64,000 nucleotides of DNA from Longimicrobiales bacterium. GTDB lineage: Bacteria; Gemmatimonadota; Gemmatimonadetes; Longimicrobiales; Gaopeijiaceae. This document shows positions 9,634 through 17,880 of this stretch, piece by piece. Position numbers and translations under genes: made by a program. The notes beneath the pieces are model-generated. The model saw nothing but the letters and a program-made list of their open reading frames with translations. It had not been told where the DNA came from and made no database searches. Position 1 is the stretch's first letter, and the number at the start of each line of letters is the position of its first letter. The stretch spans positions 544,001 to 608,000 of the forward strand of contig OZ242008.1 in NCBI GenBank assembly GCA_965204735.1. The letters run 5' to 3'.

Positions 9634-10338
9634 ATGAGGCTTCGGACCGGAACCAGCGGCTTCTCCTACAAGGAGTGGAAGGGCAGCTTCTACCCCGAAA
9701 AGCTGCCCGCCACGCGGATGCTCGAGTACTACTCCCGGCGCTTGGACGCCGTGGAGATCAACAACACCTTCTACCGCCTGCCCCGGGCCGAGCTGCTCGA
9801 GAAGTGGAGGTCCCAGACGCCGGAGGACTTCGCCTTCGTGCTCAAGGCCAGTCGGCGGATCACCCACCACAAGCGGCTGAAGGACGCCGACGAGCCCCTG
9901 GAGTACCTGACGCGCACGGCCACCGAGGCGCTGGGGGCCGCCATGGGACCGATCCTCTTCCAGCTGCCGCCCTACCTGCGCAAGGACGTGGGGCGCTTGG
10001 CCGAGTTCCTGGAGACGGTGCCCGACGGCGTGCGCGCCGCCTTCGAGTTCCGCCACGAGAGCTGGTTCGGCGACGACACCTACCAGGCGCTTTCGGACGG
10101 CGGGGCCGCTCTGGTGACGGCGGACACCGGCGAGGGCGAGGCGCCGGTGGCGGCGACGGCGGAGTTCGGCTACGCCAGGCTGCGTCGCCCGGCATACGAC
10201 GACGGGGACCTGGAAGGCTGGGCGGCCGCGTTCCGCGAGCAGGGCTGGGACGATCTCTTCGTCTTCTTCAAGCACGAGGACGCCGGAGCGGGTCCGGCGC
10301 TGGCCGCGCGCTTTCGGCAGCGGTGGGCGGAGGGCTGA
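9634..10338 (+). CDS. DUF72 (YecE-like) protein
   Basis: GTSGFSYKEWKGSFYP, VEINNTFY, LFQLPP, EFRHESW, YARLR. Confidence 0.92.
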   Translation: MRLRTGTSGFSYKEWKGSFYPEKLPATRMLEYYSRRLDAVEINNTFYRLPRAELLEKWRSQTPEDFAFVLKASRRITHHKRLKDADEPLEYLTRTATEALGAAMGPILFQLPPYLRKDVGRLAEFLETVPDGVRAAFEFRHESWFGDDTYQALSDGGAALVTADTGEGEAPVAATAEFGYARLRRPAYDDGDLEGWAAAFREQGWDDLFVFFKHEDAGAGPALAARFRQRWAEG

Positions 10339-10354
10339 CCCGGGCGAGCCGCGG

Positions 10355-11554
10355 TCAGCGGCGCGCGATCGCGTGCATTTCGACCCGTTCCACGCCCAGC
10401 GCGTCCCGTCTGCGCAGCAGGAGTCGGTCGGCGGAAGCGTCCAAGACGCCGACCGAGCGCGGCAGGTCGAACCGGCGGAGCCGCCGCCCGTCGAGGGTCA
10501 TGTTCACCCACGGCCGCATCTCGATCCCGGGCACCCCGCGGCCGGGGACCCACAGAGTGCCGTCCGCAGCCACATTGACCGGTCCGAATCCGTCGATCTG
10601 CGCCGGGATCGGCGCCTTCTCGAGCCGGCTCCGCATTCTCGCCTCGGTCCGCGCGACGTTCGCGTACAGCGAGTCCGTGATCATGTCCCGCAGGTCGTCC
10701 GTGACTTGGATGTCCATTCCGGCTACTTCGATCTCTCCCACGGTCGCGCCGTTCCGGTCCATGACGGTGACCACCGGCCGCTCGCCGTCCGAGACGAACA
10801 GCCTGTCGTCGCTGGCGGACATGGATGTTCCCGCCGCCACGGGCACCGGCGGCATCGTGAACCCGACACCGCCCGGTCCGAAGACCAGCTCCGGCCCAGC
10901 CATCTCCGCGACCTTCGGGATGCTGTCCGAGTCGACGTAGCGAAAGAGTTCGATCGGAACCCGCTGTCGGCCTGGGCCGAAATCTCCGGGCACGATCCGC
11001 AAGCCTCCGAGCAGCCACAGCTCGCCGTCGCCGGCAGGCAGGGCGCTGCCTGGCACCACTTCCGTCCCGCGCAACATGGTGCTGCGACCTTCGCCCGTCG
11101 CGACGGAGAACACGGTGTACCGGTTCAGTTGCGAATCGTAGACGAACACCGAGTCGCCGGGCCACCGCGCGACTCTGGCTATCGTCGTGAACTCCATCGG
11201 GCCCTCGCCTTCTTCCCCTCCGACGATTCTCTCCGTCCGGCCCTCTGCGTTCACCACCAGTACCCGGTAGGCGCCTCGGTCCGCCACGACGACTCGGCCC
11301 GAATCCATCAGCAGTCCGCCGAACACGCTGCTCAGCGGATCGGTCTCGTCGTCGCCCAGCACGAAGAGCGGGCTGCCGTCGAGCATCCACTCCTCGGCGT
11401 CCGCAACGTCCACGGAGACGAAGCCGGAGTCGGGCTCGGGCTCCACTCCGTCTTGCGTGCACGTCGCCGCGAGGACGGCGACCAGCGCCGCCGCCAACCA
11501 CGAGCGCCTCGCCGCCCGCCGGCAAGCGGCGCCTGCTGGAGTCTTGATGGTCAC
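10355..11554 (-). CDS. 6-bladed beta-propeller lipoprotein
   Basis: Lipobox-like VLAATC, GGEEGEGPMEF, DSVFVYDSQLNRYTVF, C-terminal RDALGVERVEM. GTG start overlaps the upstream TGA (GTGA). Confidence 0.75.
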   Translation of the reverse strand: MTIKTPAGAACRRAARRSWLAAALVAVLAATCTQDGVEPEPDSGFVSVDVADAEEWMLDGSPLFVLGDDETDPLSSVFGGLLMDSGRVVVADRGAYRVLVVNAEGRTERIVGGEEGEGPMEFTTIARVARWPGDSVFVYDSQLNRYTVFSVATGEGRSTMLRGTEVVPGSALPAGDGELWLLGGLRIVPGDFGPGRQRVPIELFRYVDSDSIPKVAEMAGPELVFGPGGVGFTMPPVPVAAGTSMSASDDRLFVSDGERPVVTVMDRNGATVGEIEVAGMDIQVTDDLRDMITDSLYANVARTEARMRSRLEKAPIPAQIDGFGPVNVAADGTLWVPGRGVPGIEMRPWVNMTLDGRRLRRFDLPRSVGVLDASADRLLLRRRDALGVERVEMHAIARR

Positions 11555-12858
11555 GAGATGCGCAACCGCAGCTTGGCGACCCTCCATGGGGGCTCCTCTC
11601 TGTTCGTCAGCAGATACAGGAATCGGCCGCCGCCCAGCACCTCCGATCCATCCGGCAACGACACGTCCTCGTAGAGCTTGGCCCCCGTGTGTCTGTCGTA
11701 CACGTCGACCGACGTGTTCAGCCACTTGAAGGGCGGAAAAGGCTTGGTCGGGTCCAAGACGCCCAGCGTCACCACCAAGTAGGAGTCCGCCACCACGTCG
11801 ATTCCGTGGATCATGTCGAACGAAGCCAGGAAGTCGACAAGACCGCCTCCCGGCCCCTGGTCGACCAACGCACCGAGCTCGAGCACCGGAATCGGGCGAA
11901 ACGAAGTCGAGGGCGTACCGATCGTGCCCACCGAATCGCCCGCTCCGTTGTAGACGACCACGGGGTAGCCGAGGCTGGTGGTCGCAAACACCGAGTCGCC
12001 TGCCGCGGTACCGAGGAAAGCCGCGAACGAGTCCCAGTAAGGACGCTCGGATGGAACGTACGGGAAGCTGTATCGACTCCAGGCCACTTGATCGCCGACC
12101 ACTCGATGAAAGAACGGCAGTCGGTCCGCCCTCACTGCTTCCCACTCGCCCACTTGCATCTCCAGCAGCAAGTCTGGACCAAGAGCAACAGCGTCCCATG
12201 GGTGCCCGGAGATCGGGACGACCGTGTCCCGTTCCAGTGCATCTGTCAGGTACAACAGTCTTTTCTTGGTGTACTCCACGGCCACGACGCCGCCCGCGGC
12301 CGTCTCGGCTACGCCCCCAACCCGCTCGAAGCTCCAAGGGTTCCTAACACCGAACCGCCCGAAAGCCGCTTCCAGCCGGCCGTCTTCGCTGTACGTCCTT
12401 ATCCGCGGAAGCAGCCGGTCGGCCAAGACGAAGCCGCCTCGTCGGCGCTCCACGAAGGCGCCGGGCTGAGCAATCGAATCCGCCGCGTCTTCGCCAAGCT
12501 CCACGATCCCCTCAAAGGCGAACACGTCCACAAACCCCGCGTTGGCCGGTGCTTCCCCTGGGGCTTGGCCGGGCTCGCAGCCTGCAAGCAGGGCCAGCCC
12601 CAGGGAAAGCAGGGTTGTGCCCGGCCCGGTCTTGGTCCCCGAGCCGATCGACGAGCTGACTATTATGACGGCCCGTCTACGACGACCTCGACGCCCGGCA
12701 GGCAACAGATCTGCTCCCGGGAATCGCAGACGTTCCCCACGCACGACTGGTTGCCCGACGATCCGGGTATGTCGTGGCAGTAGTCGGAGTCGCAGTCGCC
12801 GGACGCCGACGTGGGGACGGGGCTGACGGTCGCGACCAACTTGCGTCACCAGCTCCAT
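11551..12858 (-). CDS. Beta-propeller lipoprotein; native start unclear or lost
   Basis: LALLAGC lipobox near 12585, FVLADRLLPRIRTYSEDGRLEAAFGRFG, VDVYDRHTGAKLYEDV. No ATG/GTG close to the signal helix, so the ORF extends up to ATG 12858 across the peptide gene. Confidence 0.65.
   Translation of the reverse strand: MELVTQVGRDRQPRPHVGVRRLRLRLLPRHTRIVGQPVVRGERLRFPGADLLPAGRRGRRRRAVIIVSSSIGSGTKTGPGTTLLSLGLALLAGCEPGQAPGEAPANAGFVDVFAFEGIVELGEDAADSIAQPGAFVERRRGGFVLADRLLPRIRTYSEDGRLEAAFGRFGVRNPWSFERVGGVAETAAGGVVAVEYTKKRLLYLTDALERDTVVPISGHPWDAVALGPDLLLEMQVGEWEAVRADRLPFFHRVVGDQVAWSRYSFPYVPSERPYWDSFAAFLGTAAGDSVFATTSLGYPVVVYNGAGDSVGTIGTPSTSFRPIPVLELGALVDQGPGGGLVDFLASFDMIHGIDVVADSYLVVTLGVLDPTKPFPPFKWLNTSVDVYDRHTGAKLYEDVSLPDGSEVLGGGRFLYLLTNREEPPWRVAKLRLRIS
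12663..12858 (-). pseudogene. Cys-rich (6 Cys) small peptide with a frameshifted or truncated leader
   Basis: AGGAGG RBS then ATG 12858 (MELVT). One base out of frame follows KLVATVSPVPTSASGDCDSDYCHDIPGSSGNQSCVGNVCDSREQICCLPGVEVVVDGPS, then TAA TAG. Confidence 0.65.
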
Positions 12859-12877
12859 GTCGATCCTCCTTGGGATC

Positions 12878-13343
12878 TTAGGGTTGACTGTTGCGGATCA
12901 GCGCGCTCGGCAGAACGCCCCGCAGGACGCCCACCTGCGCCTCGAAGCTCCAGCCGCACCTCTTCCCGCGTCACCGTCGTGACGGTCGTACCGCGCAACG
13001 CACGACGAACCTCGCCGGGAAGGCCGCCCGCACCGACTACCAACAGATGACGGCGCAACGACGAATCCGCCGCCAGCGCGTTCCATGCCGCCACGCCGTC
13101 TCCGAAGCACCTGTCGCAACGGCCCCAAGGCTGTCCGACCGCTCAATCATCGGCAACGACACCCGGGTGCCCACTAACCTGTCCCTCACAAGGGGTGCGG
13201 TTCGCCAGAGGACCGGTGGACTGGAGGGCTGCTTGGTACTTCCGGTTCACGCTCGTGGTCTTCCAAACGGCAACCGCCGCCAAGAGCATCAGCACGAAGA
13301 CGCTCCCGTCCAGAACCCGTCGACCCGCGGTTCTTGGCTTCAT
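12878..13343 (-). pseudogene. Membrane-anchored CxxC (thioredoxin-like?) protein, fragmented
   Basis: Fragments in different frames: MKPRTAGRRVLDGSVFVLMLLAAVAVW (TM), LVRDRLVGTRVSLP, RCDRCFGDGVAAWNALAADSSLRRHLLVVG, CGWSFEAQVGVLRGVLPSALIRNSQP* (TAA 12878-12880). In-frame TGA at 13143. Confidence 0.55.
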
Positions 13344-13624
13344 GGCCCGGACACTCCACACTCCCGTTGTGGACGCTCCCCGACCCCATCCCGTCCATCC
13401 ATCAACATAGTACACCCTGGCCGTCCAGAACCCAAGGAAGCCGTCCAGACGCAAACGGCGCCAAGCTGGCCCGAAGCCTGGGCGTGGACATCGAGGCGCG
13501 AGCGAGCGTTGCGCGGGAGGGGGGACGGGTGTCACGTTGGACGCCGGCAGCCGTTGCTCGGCGGTCGCCGCCCGTCGCTGGCCGCCGGCCCCACCCGCAC
13601 CAACCCGCAAAGAGGACGCACGAG

Positions 13625-14641
13625 ATGGCAACCCGACGAGACTGGCTTCGCTCCACTGCTGCCGCCGGCGCGGCGCTTGCCGTTGCTCCGGGGGTCGTCC
13701 GCGCCCTGGGCGCCGCGGCGTCGGCGGGCGCAACCGGCAGTCGAGCCGCCAGGAGCGCCGCCCGCTGGACCCAGGACCTGATCACCCGGGCCGTTCCCTC
13801 CACAGGCGAGCAGCTGCCGATCGTGGGCGTGGGCAGCTCCGCCACCTTCCGCCGCATGGCCGACGCCGGCGAAGTCGACGGGCTGCGAGAGGTGCTGCGG
13901 ACCCTGGTGGAGAGCGGAGGCACCGTGCTGGACACGGCCCCCAGCTACGGCAAGTCGGAAGAGGTGTGCGGCGACTTGGCCAAGGAGCTGGACATCGCCG
14001 ACAGGCTCTTCTGGGCCACCAAGGTCAACGTGGCGGGCCGGGGCGGCTCCGCGAGCCGGGGGCGGGCCGTGGAGCAGATCGAGCGCTCCTTCGACTACCT
14101 GGACGTGGACGTGATCGACCTGATCCAAGTCCACAACGTGGGCGACCCGCAGACGCAGGTGCCCGTCATCCAGGAGCTGAAGGCCGAAGGCCGGACCCGC
14201 TACATCGGCATCACCAGCACGAGAAAGCGGCAGTACGACGTCCTGGCCGAGGCCATGGAGGAGTACCCGCTGGACTTCATCGGCATCGACTACGCCGTGG
14301 ACAACACGAGCGCGGCGGAGATGATCCTGCCCCTGGCGCAGGAGCGGGAGATCGGCGTGCTGGTGTACGTCCCCTTCGGGCGGACTCGGCTGTGGAGCCG
14401 CGTCGGAGACCGGGAAGTGCCCGAGTGGGCCCGGGAGTTCGGCGCCGAATCGTGGGCCCAGTTCTTCATCAAGTTCGCCGCGGCCCATCCGGCGGTGACG
14501 GTGGTCACTCCAGGCACCAGCCGACCCGAGCACATGCTGGACAACATGGGCGCCGCCCGCGGCCGGCTTCCCGACGCGGACGAGCAGGCCAGGATGGTCG
14601 AGTTCGTCGACGGGCTGCCCGAGGCTCCTCGCCGCGGCTGA
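13625..14641 (+). CDS. Aldo/keto reductase with Tat signal
   Basis: TRRDWL twin-arginine signal, LDTAPSYG, ATKV, DLIQVHN, RYIGIT. Confidence 0.92.
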   Translation: MATRRDWLRSTAAAGAALAVAPGVVRALGAAASAGATGSRAARSAARWTQDLITRAVPSTGEQLPIVGVGSSATFRRMADAGEVDGLREVLRTLVESGGTVLDTAPSYGKSEEVCGDLAKELDIADRLFWATKVNVAGRGGSASRGRAVEQIERSFDYLDVDVIDLIQVHNVGDPQTQVPVIQELKAEGRTRYIGITSTRKRQYDVLAEAMEEYPLDFIGIDYAVDNTSAAEMILPLAQEREIGVLVYVPFGRTRLWSRVGDREVPEWAREFGAESWAQFFIKFAAAHPAVTVVTPGTSRPEHMLDNMGAARGRLPDADEQARMVEFVDGLPEAPRRG

Positions 14642-14645
14642 CCGC

Positions 14646-16289
14646 ATGATCGACCGCCGCCGCTTCGTCGGCGCGTCCGCCGCCGGGGGCGCCGCCGCCC
14701 TTCTCGGGGTCCAAGGCTGTGCGCCCGACGGCGCGCCCGACACCTCCGCTGACGGAGCCGGAGCCGCCGCGTCGAGCCCGCCGCCTCCCTTCGAGCTGGA
14801 CGAGGCCACCGTCGCCGACCTCCAGGCCGCCATGGAGTCGGGGGAACGCACCGCCCGCTCCATCGCCCAGCTCTACCTGGAGCGGATCGAGGCGCTGGAC
14901 GGACAGGGCCCGGAGCTTCGGTCCGTCATCGAGACCAACCCCGAAGCGCTGGAGATCGCCGACCGCCTGGACGAAGAGCGGCGGCGCAGCGGCCCCCGCG
15001 GCCCCCTTCACGGCATCCCCGTCGCCCTGAAGGACAACATCGACACCCACGACCGCATGACCACCACCGCCGGCTCCCTGGCGCTGGAGGGCTCGATCCC
15101 CCCGCAGGACTCCTTCATCGTCCGGAGGCTGCGGGAGGCCGGCGCCGTCGTGCTGGCCAAGCTCAACATGAGCGAGTGGGCCTACTTCCGGGGCGAGCGC
15201 GCCACCAGCGGCTGGAGCGCCCGGGGAGGCCAGTGCCGAAACCCCTACGCCCTGGACCGGAATCCGTGCGGCTCCAGCTCCGGCTCCGGCGTGGCGGCGG
15301 CCGCCAACCTCGCCGCGCTCACGATCGGAACCGAGACCGGCGGATCGATCATGTGCCCGTCGTCGATCAACGGGATCGTGGGCATCAAGCCGACGGTGGG
15401 GCTGTGGAGCCGGTCGGGCGTCATCCCCATCTCCCACTCCCAGGACACGGCGGGGCCGATGTGCCGGACCCTGCGGGACGCCGCCGTTCTCTTGGGTCCC
15501 CTTGCCGGCGTGGACCCTCGCGACCCGGCCACCGAAGCCGGACGGGGCGTCGCCCACGACGACTACGCCGCGTTCTTGGACCCCAGGGGACTGGAAGGCG
15601 CGCGGATCGGGGTCGCCCGCAGCTTCGGCGGCTTCTCGCCGGACGAGTGGGCGCTCTTCGAGGAAGCGGTGGCGGCGATGCGGGCCGGGGGCGCCGAAGT
15701 CGTGGACCCGGCCAACCTGCCGACGCCCGCATGGAACGACGAGCAGCCGCTCCTTGTCCTGGAGTACGAGTTCAAGGCGAACATGAACGCCTACCTGGCG
15801 AGCTTGGGACCGGACGCGCCGGTGAAGACGCTGGCCGAGATCATCGACTTCAACGAGCGGAACGCGGATCGGGAGATGCCCTTCTTCGGCCAGGAGCGCC
15901 TGATCGCGTCGCAGGCTCGAGGTCCCCTCGCCGACCCGGAGTACCTCGATGCGGTGCGCGCGATACAGAGAGGCGCTCGCGAGGACGGCATCGACGCCCT
16001 GATGGACCGCCACGACCTGGACGCCATCGTCGCGCCCACCCGCAGCGTGGCGTGGAAGACGGACCACATCGTCGGCGACCGGCTGAGCGGCGGCTCCAGC
16101 GCCGGCGTGGCGGCGATCGCCGGCTACCCGGACATCACCGTGCCGATGGGGTTCGTCTCGGGACTGCCGGTGGGCGTGTCGTTCTTCGGCCGCAAGTGGA
16201 GCGAGCCCGTGCTCCTGCGGATCGCCTACGGCTTCGAGCAGGCGACGCGGCACCGGACGCCGCCGACCTTTGCCCACACCCTCGGCTGA
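14646..16289 (+). CDS. Amidase-signature family amidase, Tat lipoprotein
   Basis: DRRRF...VQGC signal, GPLHGIPVALKDNI, GSSSGS, GTETGGSI. Confidence 0.93.
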   Translation: MIDRRRFVGASAAGGAAALLGVQGCAPDGAPDTSADGAGAAASSPPPPFELDEATVADLQAAMESGERTARSIAQLYLERIEALDGQGPELRSVIETNPEALEIADRLDEERRRSGPRGPLHGIPVALKDNIDTHDRMTTTAGSLALEGSIPPQDSFIVRRLREAGAVVLAKLNMSEWAYFRGERATSGWSARGGQCRNPYALDRNPCGSSSGSGVAAAANLAALTIGTETGGSIMCPSSINGIVGIKPTVGLWSRSGVIPISHSQDTAGPMCRTLRDAAVLLGPLAGVDPRDPATEAGRGVAHDDYAAFLDPRGLEGARIGVARSFGGFSPDEWALFEEAVAAMRAGGAEVVDPANLPTPAWNDEQPLLVLEYEFKANMNAYLASLGPDAPVKTLAEIIDFNERNADREMPFFGQERLIASQARGPLADPEYLDAVRAIQRGAREDGIDALMDRHDLDAIVAPTRSVAWKTDHIVGDRLSGGSSAGVAAIAGYPDITVPMGFVSGLPVGVSFFGRKWSEPVLLRIAYGFEQATRHRTPPTFAHTLG

Positions 16290-16355
16290 CCCCCGCGCCG
16301 GAAGGGCGGCGCCGCCGCCAATCGACACTCTCCACCACCATCGAAAGGTGTCGTC

Positions 16356-16802
16356 ATGAGCATCCTCAAGAACGGCGGGGCCGCAGCGCTGGGCTGGCTC
16401 GTCATGGCCGTCGTCGTCTTCGTCGGTCACGCGCTGGCTTGGCTTGGGATGGGAGCCGAAGGCTCGTTCCAGCCGGACAGCTGGACGCCCTCGACCCTGT
16501 GGCCGATCGTCTCCATCGCGATCAACGCAGTCGCAGCGGTCCTGGGAGGCGTCGTGTGCGCAAAGGTGGCGCCCGACCGGTGGGGCGTCTGGGCGCTGGC
16601 GGGCATCGTGCTGGTCCTCGGCGTCTTGACGGCGCTGCTGGACGCGCCGGCGGCCGCCGGGCCCAGGCCGGCGGGCGTGTCCATGATGGAGGCGATGACG
16701 AACGCCCAGCCGCCCCGGTGGCTGACGTGGCTGAACCCGCTGGTGGGCGCGGCGGGAGCCCTCGCAGGCGCCGCCCTGGTGGACCGGCAGCGCCCCGGAT
16801 GA
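16356..16802 (+). CDS. Hypothetical four-TM membrane protein
   Basis: Four hydrophobic segments. GAAAGG RBS-like sequence upstream. Confidence 0.75.
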   Translation: MSILKNGGAAALGWLVMAVVVFVGHALAWLGMGAEGSFQPDSWTPSTLWPIVSIAINAVAAVLGGVVCAKVAPDRWGVWALAGIVLVLGVLTALLDAPAAAGPRPAGVSMMEAMTNAQPPRWLTWLNPLVGAAGALAGAALVDRQRPG

Positions 16803-16817
16803 CGCCACGGCGACCGG

Positions 16818-17228
16818 TCAGTCGATCCGGCCCCCCATCAGGTCGTGGACCCGCTGGGCTTGGTAGGCTTGGCCGACCCACCGGCTCACGCTGGTGCGGG
16901 AGGCCGGGTCGACTTCGGCGGCAAGGGCGGCCAAGCTGCTCCAAAGGAGGGCGGCCAGGCGAGTTTGGTCGGGAGCGTCGGAAGCGCAAGTAAGGACGAT
17001 CCAGCTGTCCAGCGGATCTGGGGATTGGGAGCCCTCGATGGCGTCGGGCTTCACCTCCAGCAGCAGCAACCGGTCTCCCGCCGCGCGAACCTGGGACCGA
17101 AGCCTGGCCCTGGATATCCGCGCGGAGGGCTTCCGGCGGTGCATCTCCACCAGCAGCTGCGACTCGGGGAGCGCGCCCGGACCGCAGCGGCGCAGGATGT
17201 CCACAATGCCCTCGGTCGTCCGAACCAT
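16818..17228 (-). CDS. Hypothetical protein
   Basis: 136 aa ORF with AGGAGA RBS upstream of ATG 17228, filling the gap between neighbouring genes. Confidence 0.6.
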   Translation of the reverse strand: MVRTTEGIVDILRRCGPGALPESQLLVEMHRRKPSARISRARLRSQVRAAGDRLLLLEVKPDAIEGSQSPDPLDSWIVLTCASDAPDQTRLAALLWSSLAALAAEVDPASRTSVSRWVGQAYQAQRVHDLMGGRID

Positions 17229-17424
17229 GGTATTCTCCTGTTGAAGGGGGAACGATGAAGGGGGACCGATGCTTCCGGCGACGAAGCGCCGGGAGGGGCT
17301 TCGACCCTAACGAACGCACGGGTTCGGACAAAGACCAACGGGCGCTGGCCGGACGCTTTGGGACTAGCTTCCAAGGCCCAAGGGAAACGGAGGACCTCCC
17401 AAGGCCAAGGAAACGGAGGACGCA

Positions 17425-17880
17425 GTGAGCGAGCCGGAGAAGGACCCCAAGGAGCTGAAGAACCGACTTCGAGCCGACCTGAACGGGGCTCGGAGGAGCC
17501 GAGACAAGGCGCGAACCCTTGTCCTCTCGACGGTGCTTTCGGAAGTGCGGAACCGGGAGATCGACACAGGCGCCTCCCTGGACGACGAGGGCGTTCGGGG
17601 CGTCCTGGCCAAGGCGATCAAGCAGCGCAAGGACGCCGCCGCCCAGATGCGGGAGGGCGGCAGGCCGGAGCTGGCCGAGAACGAGGAGGACCAGGCTCGG
17701 CTCCTCCGGGAGTACTTGCCTCCGGAGCTGACGGAGGCCGAGGTGCGGGCGTTCGTCAGGGAGATCGTGAAGGGGGGCGCGGGCCACGTCGGCGCGGTCA
17801 TGTCGCAGCTGATGCCCCGCGTCCGAGGACGCTTCGACGGCAAGACTGCTTCCCGAATCGCTCGGGAGGAGCTGGGGTAG
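17425..17880 (+). CDS. GatB/YqeY domain protein
   Basis: LKNRLRADL...AIKQRKDAA...GRPELAENE...YLPPELTEAE...GAVM...GRFDGK. GGAGG RBS. Confidence 0.9.
   Translation: MSEPEKDPKELKNRLRADLNGARRSRDKARTLVLSTVLSEVRNREIDTGASLDDEGVRGVLAKAIKQRKDAAAQMREGGRPELAENEEDQARLLREYLPPELTEAEVRAFVREIVKGGAGHVGAVMSQLMPRVRGRFDGKTASRIAREELG

Noticed and set aside
13143..13145. In-frame TGA near a CxxC motif read as selenocysteine
   Set aside because: It is not at a redox position, and other frame breaks in the same gene point to pseudogene decay.
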